Shown: positions 9,601 to 24,600 of the stretch, in pieces
Layout: every line of letters begins with the position of its first letter
How positions within the stretch are numbered: position 1 is the first letter of the stretch
Assembly (NCBI RefSeq): GCF_963921235.1
Contig: NC_086097.1
Coordinates: 95,978,001 to 96,042,000 of the forward strand
Source: Mobula hypostoma
Taxonomy: Eukaryota
Length of the DNA stretch: 64,000 nt
Direction of reading: 5' to 3'
Program-made: the position numbers and the translations under genes
Notes under the pieces: generated by a model
Database searches by the model: none
Told to the model about the DNA's origin: nothing
Seen by the model: the letters and a program-made list of their open reading frames with translations, nothing else

Positions 9601-12600
9601 TGATTGGTCCCAATCCCTAAAATTCTTGCAAGGCTTAAATCTATCAGTAGTGACTAATGTACACGTTGAAGTTCAGATGCACTTGTGATTTATTGTTGGG
9701 CAATAGGTATAGAATGGCATTTAGAATAAAGTAACTGTTTTTGGTGATATTTATTTTACAATAAGAATGAGGATAATATTTAAGACTATCTAGTTGATGT
9801 GCTAATAATCAACTCAAAGAAGGAGTGTTGCAGACCTGGAAATTTGATCAATTTTCTATTTGTTCTGTTTGAGATGGAGCCAGTGAGTAAACTTCGTAGG
9901 AGTTCTCGAAGAGTCAGTTTTGCAGATACTAAGGAAGTTAAGTAAGTAGAAAATATACTTTCATTTGTAGTAGCTTAACTTGACCTGGGGAGAGTGTTGG
10001 AATGTACTTCCAGTGCTCCTGTTGCATTTTGACAAGTTTTGTTTGATACTGACTGAGTAGAAATGGGGAGGGAGAGATGTACCCATTTTCTATTATAAAA
10101 TTTGTAACCTTCAGATTGAACTTTTGTGAATTGATCATACAAATCATAAAACATAAAATACTGTAATCATTAGAGTTGGGTGCTATCTGTAGGTAGTGAA
10201 TCAGTTACAATTTTAAAGTTAGTTTCTTCGATTTTCTGTCTGATTTCCAACCTGTGTATTATATATATTGATTGAGAGATGCTGTATCAATGTACAGATA
10301 ACTGGATTCATAGTAGGAGTAGAAGCTTTATTTATAACTCCCAGTGATGCATGTTGAGACAGTGATTAGTAAAGTGTTTAGGATGTTGGTATTCACTAGG
10401 GTATAAGAGTAGGGAAGTTGACTTGAACCAAGATAAAACTCTGCAGAGGTCATTACTCCATTAATACATCATATTCAAGGAGATGTTCAAGAAGGACATG
10501 GAGGCCCTGGAGAGGGTGCTGTTAGGATCATTCAGAATGGTTGGAATATTGAGACATTTCAGTTTCAGGGTAATACTGTTATTTTTGGAGCAAAGAAGGT
10601 TTAGTAGAAATTTGAAGATGTGTGAAGATTGTAATTGATTTAGTTGGGTGAGCAGAAGAGAAGCTGTTCCATTTGAGTCAAGGACTAAGAAGTGGAATGA
10701 TTTGAATTGGGTGAAAACAAGATTTTTTTTGATGGTTAGGGTCTTGGGTTGAAGCTAAAATGGATTATTTGGTACTTCTAGCTGAGTGTGGTTGCATGGT
10801 CACAAAGAAATGCAACTTGCAAAGTGGTTAGAGATTTTTACTTTAATCTGCTTGAGTGCCCAGTTAATGAGGAACTATGTAACCAGAATAGGTTTGATTG
10901 TGTATCAGAATTAAATAATCTTATTTAATTTCCTATTGAAACTCTGATTTTCTCTCTACTCAGAGTCAATCTTCTGTTTATAAAATCTCAGATGTATAGA
11001 TCTTTTGGTTCTGGAATTCCATTGTGGCATGAGCTTCTTGAAAGCAGGAAGCCTACATTTGTTTTTCCAAAGTCATTGAGGCTTCTTATTGATTCGAGGA
11101 AGATGTGAAGTGTAAGCTTTTCCAAGATGACTATAAGGTCTCACTAGACTGAAGTCATTCATATTCATTTAATGATCCATTTGTATAGCATTCTTATTAT
11201 GAAACTACATTGAGAATAGCTGTAAGCACTGAAAGAATTTTTTTTTTCTTTTTCAGAAAAGAATTACGGAACCAGATATTGAATGCAAAGATTAGTTTTG
11301 TATGTTATTTTCCTGATTTTTGGATGTCTTTTTCTTTTTTTTCAGGGAGTTTGTGACAGATAAAATGATAATACAAGATAATATGGAAAATGATGAAGCT
11401 ATTTGCACATTAGAATGCAGACAAAACATCGAGATTCTTAATTCAAGTATGTGAGTTTTTAATTATAGGAGTTCAGGAAAAATGGAAAAACATCGTGTTC
11501 TATTTGAATATGAAATTAAATGATGTTTTCTTTCAAATTGTTGAAATTAAACATTTTGTTTTCATTTGTAATCATTTTATGTATTTTAAACTTTTAGGAA
11601 TAAGCAGCCAAAAAGAGAATCAGCAACAAGAGTTGGAAAGGTAGAGTATTAATTTTTATTCATTCAGAGGATGTGAATACCCTTAGTGAAGCAAAGTTTG
11701 TTGACAATCTGGCATTAGGCAAGAGAGGATGAACTGTTTTCTTGAGCTATTGAAATTAATCTGTTGACAGTAATCTCAAGTTGTAAGTTTAAAATATTGC
11801 AAAAGATGGATAATGTGGTAGTGTTCATGGCTTAATGGACAATAGAGAAATCTGATGGCAGAGGGGAAGAAGCTGTTCTTAAATCGTTGAGTGGTCTTCT
11901 TCAGGCTTCTGTGCCTCCTCCCTGATGGTAGTAGGTGAAGAGGGCATGTCCTGAATGGTGAGGGTCTTTAATGATAAATGCCTATCTTCGATAGGCATGC
12001 TCTCTAATATAGGCAGCATTCTGGTGAATTTCCTCTGCACCGTCTCTAAAGGTTCCATATCCTTCCTATAATGAGATGGGCAGAATTGAACACGATATTC
12101 CAAGTGTGGATTAATCAGTGTTTTAGAGCTGCGACATTACCTCACTGCTATTGAATTCAGTACCCTGACTAATGAAGGCCATTGTGGCATATGCTTTCTT
12201 AACCACCTTATCAACTTGGACTGCAATTTTGGGGAATCTAAGAATGTGAACCCAAGGTGCCCCTTTTCTTCCACAGTGTTAAGAATCCTGCTATTAACCT
12301 TGTATTCTGCCTTTAGATTTGACCTTCCAGAGTGAATCACTTCATACTTTCCCAAACTGAACTCCATCTGCCACTTCTTAGCCCTATCAATGTACCATTG
12401 AAATTTACAACACCACTCTACACAACCCACCACACCAACCTTGTTATCGTCAAACTTACTAAACCACTCTTTCACTTCCTCAAGTACGTCATTTATGAAA
12501 ATTGCAGAGAGCAGAGGTCTCAGAACTGATCCCTGTGGAACTGGTCACTGACCTCCAGGCAGAATACTCTCCATCTACTACCACTCTCTGCCTTCTGTAG

Positions 12601-15600
12601 GCAAGTCATTTCTGAATCCACATAGCCAGGTTCTGGATCCAGTGTCTCGACTTTCGGAATGAGCCTACCCTTCCCTCTCCTGATGGTCACCCAGTTACCT
12701 GTGTCCTGCACCTTTGATGTAACTACTTCCCAGTATCTCCTGTCAATCCACCCCTAAGCCTTCAGAATGATCTGCAGTTCATTCAGCTCCAGCTCCCTAA
12801 TTTTGACTGTAAGAAGTTGCAGCTGGATGCACTTCTTGCAGGTGTAGTTGTCAGGGACACTGGAGGTCTCCCTGTCTTTCCACATCCTGCAAGAGGAGCA
12901 CTCTACTGTCCTAACTGTATAACAAGAAAGAAAACTCTAGCCTCCACCTCTCCTTGCCTAAGCCTTTGAGCCAGAGCCTCAAGCTTCCCACTCTAAGGCC
13001 CATTATGAGAATGAAAAGGCAATTGAAAAGGGAGGAAGTCATGAAGACAGAATATAGGGAACTGGGTAATAAGCTTGTTATTTAGTAGCGAAGGGATGGT
13101 GTTGAACGCTGAGTCGTAATTGATAAACAGCAGTCCGATATATGCCGTGCTGTTGTCTAGGTGCTCCACAGCCGAGTGGAGAACCAGTGAGATTGCATCT
13201 GCTATAGATCTGTTGCGGTAGTAGGTAACAAGCTGGAGTTAATTCCAGCATGACCAACTTCTTAAAGCACTTCAAAGTAGATGTGAGTGCTACCAGACGA
13301 TAGCTTTTGAGGTAGCTTACTTTGCTCTTGAGCCACCAGTACAGTACTGCCCTTTTGAAGCCGGCGGGAACATCAGACCACAGTAGTATGGGGTGAATAC
13401 GACCTTGAACATTAGCTAGTTGGTCGGCAACTAGCTAGAATTTTAGTACCCACCAGTTACACTGTTGGGGGCCTGATGCCTTGCAAAGGTTCTTCCTCTT
13501 GATGGATGTTGTGACATTTGCCTCCAAGATCACCAGATTCGTACAGGTGAAGTGCTATTCTCCCTTTCAAAGTGAGTATAAAAGGGGTTGAACTCAATGA
13601 GTGAAGCATCACTGCCTTTTCTGCTGTTAGGTTTCACCTTGTAGGAAGGAATAACATGCTGACCCTGCATAGCTGTCATGCATCCGATTGTGTCTAACTT
13701 CGCACAGGATTGTCTGTTTGTTCTCTTGATGGCTGTAGGTGAAACCTGGATATTTGGATCGGCAGTCTTGAGCACCACAGATTTAGCCCTCGGTAGTCTG
13801 TGAATTTCCTGGTTCATCCAGGGCTTCTGGTTTGGGAATGATTGGTACATTTAAAAGGAACGTATCCATCCATGCAGACCTCAGTGAAGTCAATGATGGC
13901 TGTGGCATATTCATTCATTCAGATCTAAAAATTCAGATTGTGGACAGTTCCCAAAAGTAATGTCATGGAATCATCTAGGAATAAACTATGCCTGCTATTA
14001 GTACAATTTGTTTACAGCAATAATAAGTACTAATGAGGAAAATAATTTCACAAACACTTTTTTTAAGTGTCATCTCCTCTTGGAGGGCCCCCTTTGCTGC
14101 CCTCTCCACTCCTATTTATCCACTTGAAACTTTGATTTTTTTTTTAAACTTTTTCTTCATGGGAAGTTAGCTATGTATCATATGTGATAGGATTGATAGT
14201 ACTATGTTACCAAATTAAAGATTAAACTCCAGCAAGTTGTGAGAATAACTTTTGTAATTTTTGAAGTTGCCTGGATGATACTAGAGCGATCGTTCTCAAC
14301 CTTTTTGCCCTGGAGGAACCCTTGAAATAATTTTAAGGTCTCGGTGAAAGCCTGAGTAAAAAATTATTGTATCTATAGCTCGTGGTACATTAGCGTCATC
14401 AGTAAGTTGTAGATAGAATCTAAAAATAATTATCAATGCTCTTTTGAGTAGAGAATTAATTTTTAACTAACCTTTCTTGATAAAAACAGGTAGTTAAGCT
14501 TAGCTTACCTTTCTTGAAATTAATCTTTCTTTCCCTTTCATAAATTTTAAAAACTAGGGCAAACATAATACATTTCTGTTAAATAACTGGCTTAAGCCAA
14601 AATGGGAATTAATTTTTCTAAAGGTAGACTTGGTAGATAAAGTTTGTAAATTGATTTTAATTATAAGCTTTACTGTTTGTTTTGAGATTCCAATAGCCAT
14701 TTAAAATAATCAGCACTTTTACATGTCATATGGCTGTGATTTGTAGTGAAGTGCCTTTTCAATTTTGCTGGAGCCATTGCTGTTTGCCACAGACGAGGCA
14801 CAATGGAATAGGGGTTAATAAAATAGAAGAAAGAACGGCATAATAAATAACTAAACAAGAAAACTGCAAAAAATACAAAAACTTCACAATACAATTCACT
14901 TCTAACCTACACAATCCACCTTTTGCAACATTTACAACAGCAAAGTGACAGACCAGCAGCAGAGTTGTGGCGAGAAAAAAGTCCTTCTTTAGAATGAAAA
15001 TTTCCCTCCAATTTTCTACTGCACAGGTAGTTTGTTTGCTTCCATAAGTCAGTCAGCAGTGCGTAAGGGAAAGTTGGGGGAGGTAATTCAGGAGGGAGAG
15101 GCTGACATCACAGCCCAAGTTGAGAATCCATTCAATGCTCAGAAAACGCACTTCACTCTCCTCATCAGCCTTCTGTCCTCCCCTCCGTGCAATACAGCGC
15201 TGATCATCAGCTTATTGTCCTCCTCTCCATGCAATACAGCGCTCATCATCAGCCTACCATCCTCCCCTTCGTGCAATACAGTGCTCTTCATCAGCCTACC
15301 GTCCTACCCTCTGTGCAATACAGCACTCACCAATTATCAACAGCCTCCCCCATCTCGCATTAAAAACGGTCCTACTGTGCACTGCTACACTGAGCGGAGA
15401 GACTTCTAACCAGATTGCGAACAGGTCTGCAGTCACTGCCCACCACTGCGAGCGTAACATCACGCAAAGTTCAAAAAAGATGCTTTTTTTAAATCACGAT
15501 TTCTCATGGAACCCGGGATGAGAAGCCCTGTACTAAGAGGCTTATGGCAAGCATCAGTACTGCAGATAACCAAGAATGCAATCTCTGTTAATGTCTATGT

Positions 15601-18600
15601 GCCAAATTAAGGAGTAAAGGTGAGTTAAGAGGTCAGGTGAAACGTCTGTAAAAGGCCATAACAAAGTCAGCTGAAGATTTAAGGAAGTAGATGCGGTAAA
15701 AGGTGGGGTGAAAATTGCAAATCCAAATATTTTGCTAGGAAGAATAGAAAAACTTTGCTTACTGAGAGATGAGTATCAGAGGGATCTTATTGTATGAAGG
15801 GATCTTGATGTACTGGGCCATAAAAAGGCAAACTTAATATGCATTTAAATTAAGCAACTGTGGGGAACAAACATTACAGCAAGCTTTATTACAAGGGAGT
15901 TGGAATATTAAGGATATGCTGCTGTGCTTCTACATTGTTTAGTGAGACTACAACTGGAATACTGTGCAGATTTGTTCTTCAGAAATAAGGAAGAATATGT
16001 GTGGTTTGGAATGTGTGTGCAAAATCACTGACCTGTAAGGACAGACTCAGCTAGATTTGCAGGAGTATTGAATAATGAGAAGTGATGCCATTGAAATAAG
16101 ATTGTGTGAGTGCGTGATGTAATAGATATTCAGAGTTATTTGTTCTGTGCTTGGTGATATGTTTAGAACTAGTAAGGGGAGAATCAGGGAACGGATCAGC
16201 GATCTGGGACTCGAATAAATAGAAATTTCCTTATTTGAAGTTTGATGTGCTGAAATTCTGTATTCTACAATGGTAAAGTTATTCAGTGATTGAATATGTT
16301 CAAAACTGAGAGCAACTTTTTTTTATGTGCTGTGCTAACTGAGGGATTTGGAGTTCAGGGAGGAAAGAGACAAGGTCAAAAGGTGCCATCAGAATAGGCT
16401 TGGAGCCATACGACTGACACTTGCTTATTCTTTGTACTCTTAATTACTTGGTTAGGAAGGAGGAGGTGGAGCAACATACTGAAGAAATATGAAGTGCAGG
16501 GCACTGAAAGTGACCAAGAATGTAAGAATAAAATATTGTTCAGAGCTAGAAGGAATTGGGTCAGATGTGGAATTTAAGAGTTTAAGGTTCATGAGATGCA
16601 GGAACAGGCAAAAGTTCGATTATGATATAACTGAGGCCAGGCTCAAAGATGGGAAAGAATTCTCTGAACATTTATAGTTGGCAGGTTTTTTCAGTAAGGG
16701 TGAGGAAGAAGCTTTAAATCAAGTTTTGACTGGACTATCTATCAAAAGATACTGTTACAAATGGTTATTAAAGTAGTAAATGGTTATTGTATTTAATCAA
16801 AGACCAAATCTTTATACTTTATACTTTGTCGCCAAACAATTGATACTAGAACGTACAATCATCACAGCGATATTTGATTCTGCGCTTCCCGCTCCCTGGA
16901 TTACAAATATTAAATATTAAAAATAGTAAAAATTAGTAAATATTAAAAATCTAAATTATAAATGATAAACAGAAAATAGAAAAATGGAAAGTAAGGTAGT
17001 GCAAAAAAACCGAGAGGCAGGTCTGGATATTTGGAGGGTACGGTCCAGATCCAGGTCAGGATCCGTTCAGCAGTCTTATCACAGTTGGAAAGAAGCTGTT
17101 CCCAAATCTGGCCGTACAAGTCTTCAAGCTCCTGAGCCTTCCCCCGGAGGGAAGAGGGACGAAAAGTGTGTTGGCTGGGTGGGTCGTGTCCTTGATTATC
17201 CTGGCAGCACTGCTCCGACAGCGTGCGGTGTAAAGTGAGTCCAAGGACGGAAGATTGGTTTGTGTGATGTGCTGCGCCGTGTTCACTATCTTCTGCAGCT
17301 TCTTTCAGTCTTGGACAGGACAACTTCCATACCAGGTTGTGATGCACCCTAGAAGAATGCTTTCTATGGTGCATCCATAAAAATTAGGGTTTATGGGGAC
17401 AGGCCAAATTTCTTTAGTTTTCTCAGGAAGTAAAATCGATTGAAATTAAAGACTAATACCAAAGTTAAGTCAAGGACATTTATTACTTATTAACTGTTTT
17501 GTGTGCATCATAATTTGAAATTTAAAGTTTGGGCGTTGGTTGAGAAGGTCTACAGGAAAAGATGAATATTCGTGTGGTTTCTCTTTCTGGCTTGTATTCA
17601 GTATTGAAATAATTACAAAATGCTTGTGTGCAACAAGATAATTTAGGTGTGCACTTAATTGTTGAGATAACGTTTGGTAATTTCCAAGGAACAAAAATTT
17701 AAGTGTCAAAACCTGTTGTGTTTGGAGCAATCTGTTTTGAGAGCTCTGAAGTTCAGTATTTTTAATATTTGGCCCAAAGCAAGTGCTATACAAATGAATC
17801 TTTCAAAATAGATCTGTCGTACAGTGGTATTTTTGAATGTTCCTGTATCTGCCTTTTTTCCCCATCCCAGTGTTTGATTGTCTATCATGATCACAGCAAT
17901 GAATAAACTGTAGTGAAAGTAATAGTGTAATTTTTCTTTATAAACTATTTTATTTACAATTGATGGTGAACAAATTTTAGTTTAAGTTTTTTTTAAAGTC
18001 TGGAAACATTAGAGCTAAAATTAAAACCTAGTTTTTATTTCACAGAGATGTGATAACACAGAAAAATTTGATTACTGGTGAGTAAAAAATATTCTCTTCT
18101 ATTCTCCAGTTATCCTTTGTTTGTCTGCATTATTTTTGTTAAAATACCACATTTTTGAACAAATTATATGTTGTTTCTCATATAATAGAAAGTTATCCAG
18201 AACAGAAAAAGACAATAGTGAGAAATAATAACTTGAATTTTCCTCTTTAATTTCCATTTTTAAACTGCCATTATTTCAAATTTTGTCCACTTTTGTGTTG
18301 GAAAGCTGGTAGCACTTAATGTCAAACATCCCCTTTGCTACCTTGTGATTCAAATTGGATTCATTGATCTGTTGAGTATCTTGAAATCCACTTGCCTACA
18401 AGACATCTTTTCTGTATTTGCAATAGGAATCAGTCTAACATTATATATTATATCTGTCTTTAACATATTCAGGGCTATGGCTTTATTGTTCTAATTGCTT
18501 TTCAAAATAGTTCTTTATAGTAATTAACACAGAACTTTTATCTTTTTAAACAATTCTGGTATTTCTCTTTTCACCAAAATATTTTCCATCACTTAAATTA

Positions 18601-21600
18601 TTAGCTCAGTTCTGTGAATACATAACCTAAGAACATTCCCAACATACTAAGGCTTTATTGTACTGTTGGAGATGCTTTTGAAGATGTGCTAAACTAAGGC
18701 CCATACAGGCATAAATTTGTCAAATTTGAAGGTGAAAGAACATGAGAAGTAGAAACAGTAGGAGGCCACCTGAAGGGAAAAAAGACTCTCAACAAATTTG
18801 TCAAATATGATTATTGTTTCATAACTCTGTCTTGATTGCCCAGATTTATTATTTTCTCAAGTGCCCTGCTGTTATTACATTCTCACTTTCTACTAGTGTG
18901 AGTTTGGTGATTATTCCAGTCTCTGTTTAATGGTAACATACACAAAATACTGGAGGAACTCAGCAGGTCAGGAAGCGTCTATGGAAAGTAATAAACAGTC
19001 GATGTTTCAGGCCGAGACCCTTCAAATGTTCAATGGTACCTATTATTTCAGCAATATCTTTGCACTAAACAGATTGATGCACCTTAAAATCTTCTACTTA
19101 ACCCTATTCTTTTCCCAGTTTCGCCATGCCATCACTCCTAATTTCCAACCTACTTGACTTGACTATTTTGATAATGCATTTCCAAACTATTTTGACTTTT
19201 TGGGTCCTTCAAAGTGATTCTGCAATTTCCCGTAATTGGCCCTAATCATATACTTATTAGTTGGTTCTACCATTTATTTTTCTCTTGATTATAAAAAAAA
19301 TAAACTATCTTTGAGTTAAATCTCTCGTCCTGTGTGTTAGAAATTTTGAGTCCTCTGACTAAAAATTTACAACTGATGTCTACTTTGCCTATTGGATTGC
19401 ATACAGAGAACTTGGGACTATTTATATGAAGACAAGTTTCCTGGGCAGAGAATTTCATAAATTTGCTACCATTTAAGAGAAAAATAAGTGAAACCATTGA
19501 ACTGTCATTAAAATCCATCTGGTTCAGTAATATCCTTCAGAAAAGATAGAACCATAGAACACTACAGCACAGAAAACAGGCCACTCGGCCCTTCTAGTCT
19601 GTGCCGAACAGATTATTATTCAGCTAGTTCCATTGACCTGCATCCATTCCATAATCCTCTAGACCTCTCCCATCCATGTACCTGTTCAAGTTATTCTTAA
19701 AACTTGAGTGAGCCTGCATTTACCATGTTAGATGGCAGCTTGTTCCACACTCCCACCACGCTCAGTGAAGAAGTTCCCCATAAACCTTTCCCCTTTCACT
19801 CTAAAGCCATGCTATCTTTCCTAATCTAAGTGGAAAGAGCCTATTCTCATTTACTCTGCCTATAATCATAATTTTGTAAACCTCTATCAAATCTCTTCTC
19901 ATTCTTCTATGCTCCAAGGAATAAAGTCCTAACCTGTTTAATCTTACCCTATATCTCAACTCCTGAAGACCTGGCAACATCCTAGTAAATCTTCTCTACA
20001 TTCTTTCAATCTTACTGATATCCTTCCTATAGTTAGGTGACCAGAACTGTACACAATACTCCAAATTTGGCCTCATCAATGTCTTGTACAACCTCCCCAT
20101 AACATCCCAACTCCTATACTCAATACTTTGACTTATGAATGCCTGGATGCCAAAAGCCTTCTTTACAACCCTGTCTACCTGTGACGCCACTTTCAGGGAA
20201 TTATGTATCTGAACTCCCAGATCCCTTTGTTCCTCCGCACTCCTCAGTGCCCTACCATTTACTGTGTATGTCCTACCTTGATTTGTCCTTCCAAAATGTA
20301 ACACCTCACGCTTGTCTGCATTAAATTCCATCTGCCATTTTCTGACCCATTTTTCCAGTTGGTCCAGATCCCTCTGCAAGCATTGAAAGCCTTCATTGCT
20401 GTCCACAATGCCTCCAATCTTAGTGTCATCAGCAAACTTGCTGATCCAATTTACCACATTATTATCTAGATCATTGATATAGACAACAAACAACAATGGT
20501 CCCAGCACAGATCCCTGAGGCACACCACTAGTCACAGGCCTCCAGTCTGATAAGCAATTATGCACTACCTCTCTGTCTTCTCCCACACGGCCAATCTTGA
20601 ATCCAGTTTACAACCTCTCCATGGATACCTAGTGTCTGAAGCTGCTGAACTAACCTCCCAGGAGGGACCTTGTCAAAGGCCTTACTAAAGTCCATGTAGA
20701 TAACATCCACAGCCCTTCCTTCGTCTACTTTCTTGGTAACCTCCTTGAAAAATTCTACAAGATTCACTAAACACAATCTACCAAGCACAAAGCCATGCTG
20801 ACTATCCTTATCAGCCCTTGGCTGTCCAAATACTTGTATATCCGATCTCTCAGAACACCTTCCAATAATTTACTGATGTCAGGCTCACTGGCCTGTAATT
20901 ACCTGGTTTACTTTTGGAGCCTTTTTTAAACAACGGAACAACATGAACTACCCTCCAATCCTTCGGCACCATACCCGTGGCTAAGGACATTTAAAATATT
21001 TCTGCCAGGGCCCCTGCAACTTCTACACTAGTCTCTCTCAAGGTCTGAGGAAATATCATGTCAGGCCCAGGGGATTTATCTACCTTTATTCGCCGTGAGG
21101 CAGCAAGCACCTCCTCTTTAATCTCCATATGTTCCATGACACTGCTGCTTGTTTCCCTTCCTTCCATATACGCTATGCCAGTTTCCTGAGTAAATACTGA
21201 TGCAAAAAAATTGTTTAAGATCTCCCCCATCTTGTCAGGCTCCATGCATAGACAACCACTCTGATCTTCTAGGGGACCAATTTTGTCCCTTACTATCCTT
21301 TTACTCTTAATATACTTGTAGAAACCCTTCGGGTTTACCTTCACATTATCTGCCAAAGCAACCTCATGTTTCCTTTTTGCCTTCCTGATTTCCTTCTTTA
21401 GTATTTTCTTACATTTTCTATACTCTTGAAGTACCTCATTTGTTCCTTGTTGCCTATACCTGCTATACACCTCTCTCTTTTTCTTAACCAGATCGCCAAT
21501 ATCCCTTGAAAACCAAGGTTCCCTATGCCTGTTAACTTTGCCTTTAATCCTGGTAGGAACATGCAAACTCTGCACTCTCAAAATTTCGCCTTTGTAGGCC

Positions 21601-24600
21601 TTCCACATACTGAACACATCCTTGCCAGAAAACAACTCATCCCAATCCACTATTCCTAGATCCTTTCTTATTTCCTCAAAATTGGCCCTTCTCCAATTTA
21701 GAACCTTAACTCGAGGACCAGACCTATCCTTATCCATAATTAACTTGAAACTAATAACATTATGGTCACTGGACCCAAAATGTTTTCCTTCACGTACTTC
21801 TGTCACCTGACCTGTCTGGTTCCCTAATAGGAGATCAAGTATTGCTTCCTCTCTCGTTGGTACCTCTATATATTGATTTTGAAAACTTTCCTGAACACAT
21901 TTGACAAACTCTACACCATCTAACCCTTTCACAGTGTGGGAGTCCCAGGCAATATCCTTACTATTACAACTTACTGTTTCTTACATTGGTCTGCTATCTC
22001 TCTACAGATTTGCTCCTCTAATTCTCTCTGACTATTGGGCAGTCCATAATACAACCCTATTAATGTGGTCACACCTTTCCGGTTCCTGAGCTCCACCCAT
22101 ATGGCCTCTGTAGACAAGCCCTCCGGGCTGTCCTGTCTACGCACAGCTGTGATATTTTCCCTGACTAGTAATGCCACTCCTCCCCCTTTCATCCCTCCCC
22201 CTCTGTCATGTTGGAAACAACGGAACCCCGGAACATTAAGCTGCCAGTCCTGCCCCTCCTGCAACCAAGTCTCACTAATAGCAATAATGTCGTAATCCCA
22301 TGTGTCAATCCATGGTCTAAGCTCATCTGCCTTACCTTCAATACTCCTTGCATTGAAATTGGTGCACCTGAGAACATTCCTATCATGTACAAACCTTTGA
22401 TTACTGTCTATACTTGCAGTCCTCACATGACTTTTATCCTCCTCCACCTCACTATCTGCTCTAACACTCTGGTTCCCCTCCCCCTGCAAATCTAGTTTAA
22501 ACCCCCCTGAGCAGAACTAGTTCAGGTGCAAACCATCCCGTCGGAACAGGTCCCACCTTCCCTGGAACAAAGCCCAATTGTCCAGAGACATGAAGCCCTC
22601 CCTCCTGTACCATCTCCTTAGCCACGTATTTAGCTGCATTATCTTTCTATTCCTAGCCTCACTGGCACGTGGCACAGGTAGCAATCCTGAGATTATAACC
22701 CTGGAGGTCCTGTCCTTCATCTTTGTACCTAACTCCCTAAACTCTCTTTGCAGGACCTCCTCCTTCTTCCTATCCATGTCATTGGTCCCTACATGGACCA
22801 TGACATCTGGCTGCTCACCCTCCCTCCTGAGAATACCGAAAATTCGATCCGAGATATCGCGGACTCTGGCACCAGGGAGGCAACAGACCATCCGGGATTC
22901 ACGATCTCTCCCACAGAACCTCTTATCTGTCCCCCTAACTATCGAATCCCCTATCACTACTGCTCTTCTCTTTTCCCTCCTTCCTTTCTGAGCTGAGGGT
23001 CCAGTGCCAGAGACGTGACCACTACAACTTGTCCCTGGTAGGTCATCCCCACCAACAGTATCCAAAATGATATACTTATTGTTAATGGGAACGGCTACAG
23101 GGGTGCTCCGCTCATTCTGTCTACTCCCCTTCCCTCTCCTGACAGTCACCCAGCTTCCTGCCTCCTGACTTTTAGGGGTGACTATCTCCCTGAAGCTCCT
23201 GTCTATTTCTGCTTCTGCCTCCCGAATGATCTGAAGTTCATCCAGCTCCAGCTCCAGGTCCCTAACTCGGGTTGTCAGGAGCTGCAGCTGGATGCACCTT
23301 TTGCAGGTGTAGTCATCAGGGACAATTGTGCTGTCCCTGACTTCCCACATACTGCACACGGAGCACTCGACTGCCCTAACTGCTGCCTCCATTACCTACT
23401 CCTAAGTTAATTAAATTAATTAACGGAATTTACCCGGCCTTACCTCATTGGGAGCAAGCTCATCCTCAGCCTCTGCTTGCCGAAGCCTCTCGAGCCAAAG
23501 CCCTCAAAGCTCTACTCCTACCCTGAGCCACTCACACACACTGGCCACTCCTCTTCAGTTACCCCTCCTTTTATTTGTTTCTGCCAATTATCTCAACTAC
23601 TCACCCCCTCTAATCAACACTGTTTAACCCTTCAGTTGCCCTCCATGCTCCTTTTTAAAGCACACTCACCTGAGCTGCTTCCCAGCACTCAGTGATCTCC
23701 CGAGCTGCTTCCCAGCACTCAGTGATCTCCCGAGCCTTTCACTCCTCCTCCTGCTGTGACCGTTCCTCGATCACACTGATATGCCATCCTTTCCTCATCT
23801 ACCCAATATGGCACCGGGATCTACCAAAGTGGTTTCTTCTTAATTGCTTATGGATTCCCAAGCATGTATTTCAATTCAAGGGTGAAGCTGAAGCTATATT
23901 CTGTGAATGATTTTGCTTTTTTAAAAAAAGTAGATAAAACATATGAGTTAACAAACTGGCATACCTATTAAGGGATAATGCAGTATTGATTTCAATTTCT
24001 GCCATTTCAAAGGTATGGATGCACTGCTTCATGCACCTCTCCGAACTCCTCTGCAACAATTAGAGGTAAGTTTTGGAAAGTAAGGCTTTGTTTTGCATTC
24101 AGTTTAATGACAAATAACCTTTTTTGTGGCTGAATTTTCCAGTAATTTATTTGTAAGGCCACTATCTGTTCTGCTGAAATTATAGAAAGCAGCAGGTTCG
24201 TAAGCAAGTACATTTTTAGTAATTGTTATTCGGCTCCATTTTTATTCTTTTTTAAGTAGGAGATGATTAGAATGCAATCTGATCTTTATGATATTGAATG
24301 TGTTTAACTTTCCTTTTTTAAACAGCCCTGCGAAACTATTGAAACTGTCAGTGAGCATCAAATCTGCCCCATCTCTGGGCTTGAAGTGCGAAGGGAAAGC
24401 GAAGAAACAGCCCCAACTTCTGAATTTAAAAAAAAAATTGACTTCAAATCTTTCTTGGCTGGGCTTGATTCTAGAAAGCCTGCATATAGAAATTCAAGTA
24501 ATGACAGAGAAGAGAAAGTTTCCAATATGTTCTTTAGTTCTGTGGAACAAAATGTAGCTCCCAAACATCAAAAGACAATTAATTTTAAATCATTCTTAAA

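Noticed and set aside
11257..11299. Extra exon after the strong acceptor at 11256
   Set aside because: It would leave a 46-nt intron; used as an alternative acceptor it adds 89 nt and frameshifts. It is not needed for the reading frame.
15032..15409. 125-aa ORF with 14-aa repeats
   Set aside because: Translation of a 42-bp minisatellite inside a hAT element.
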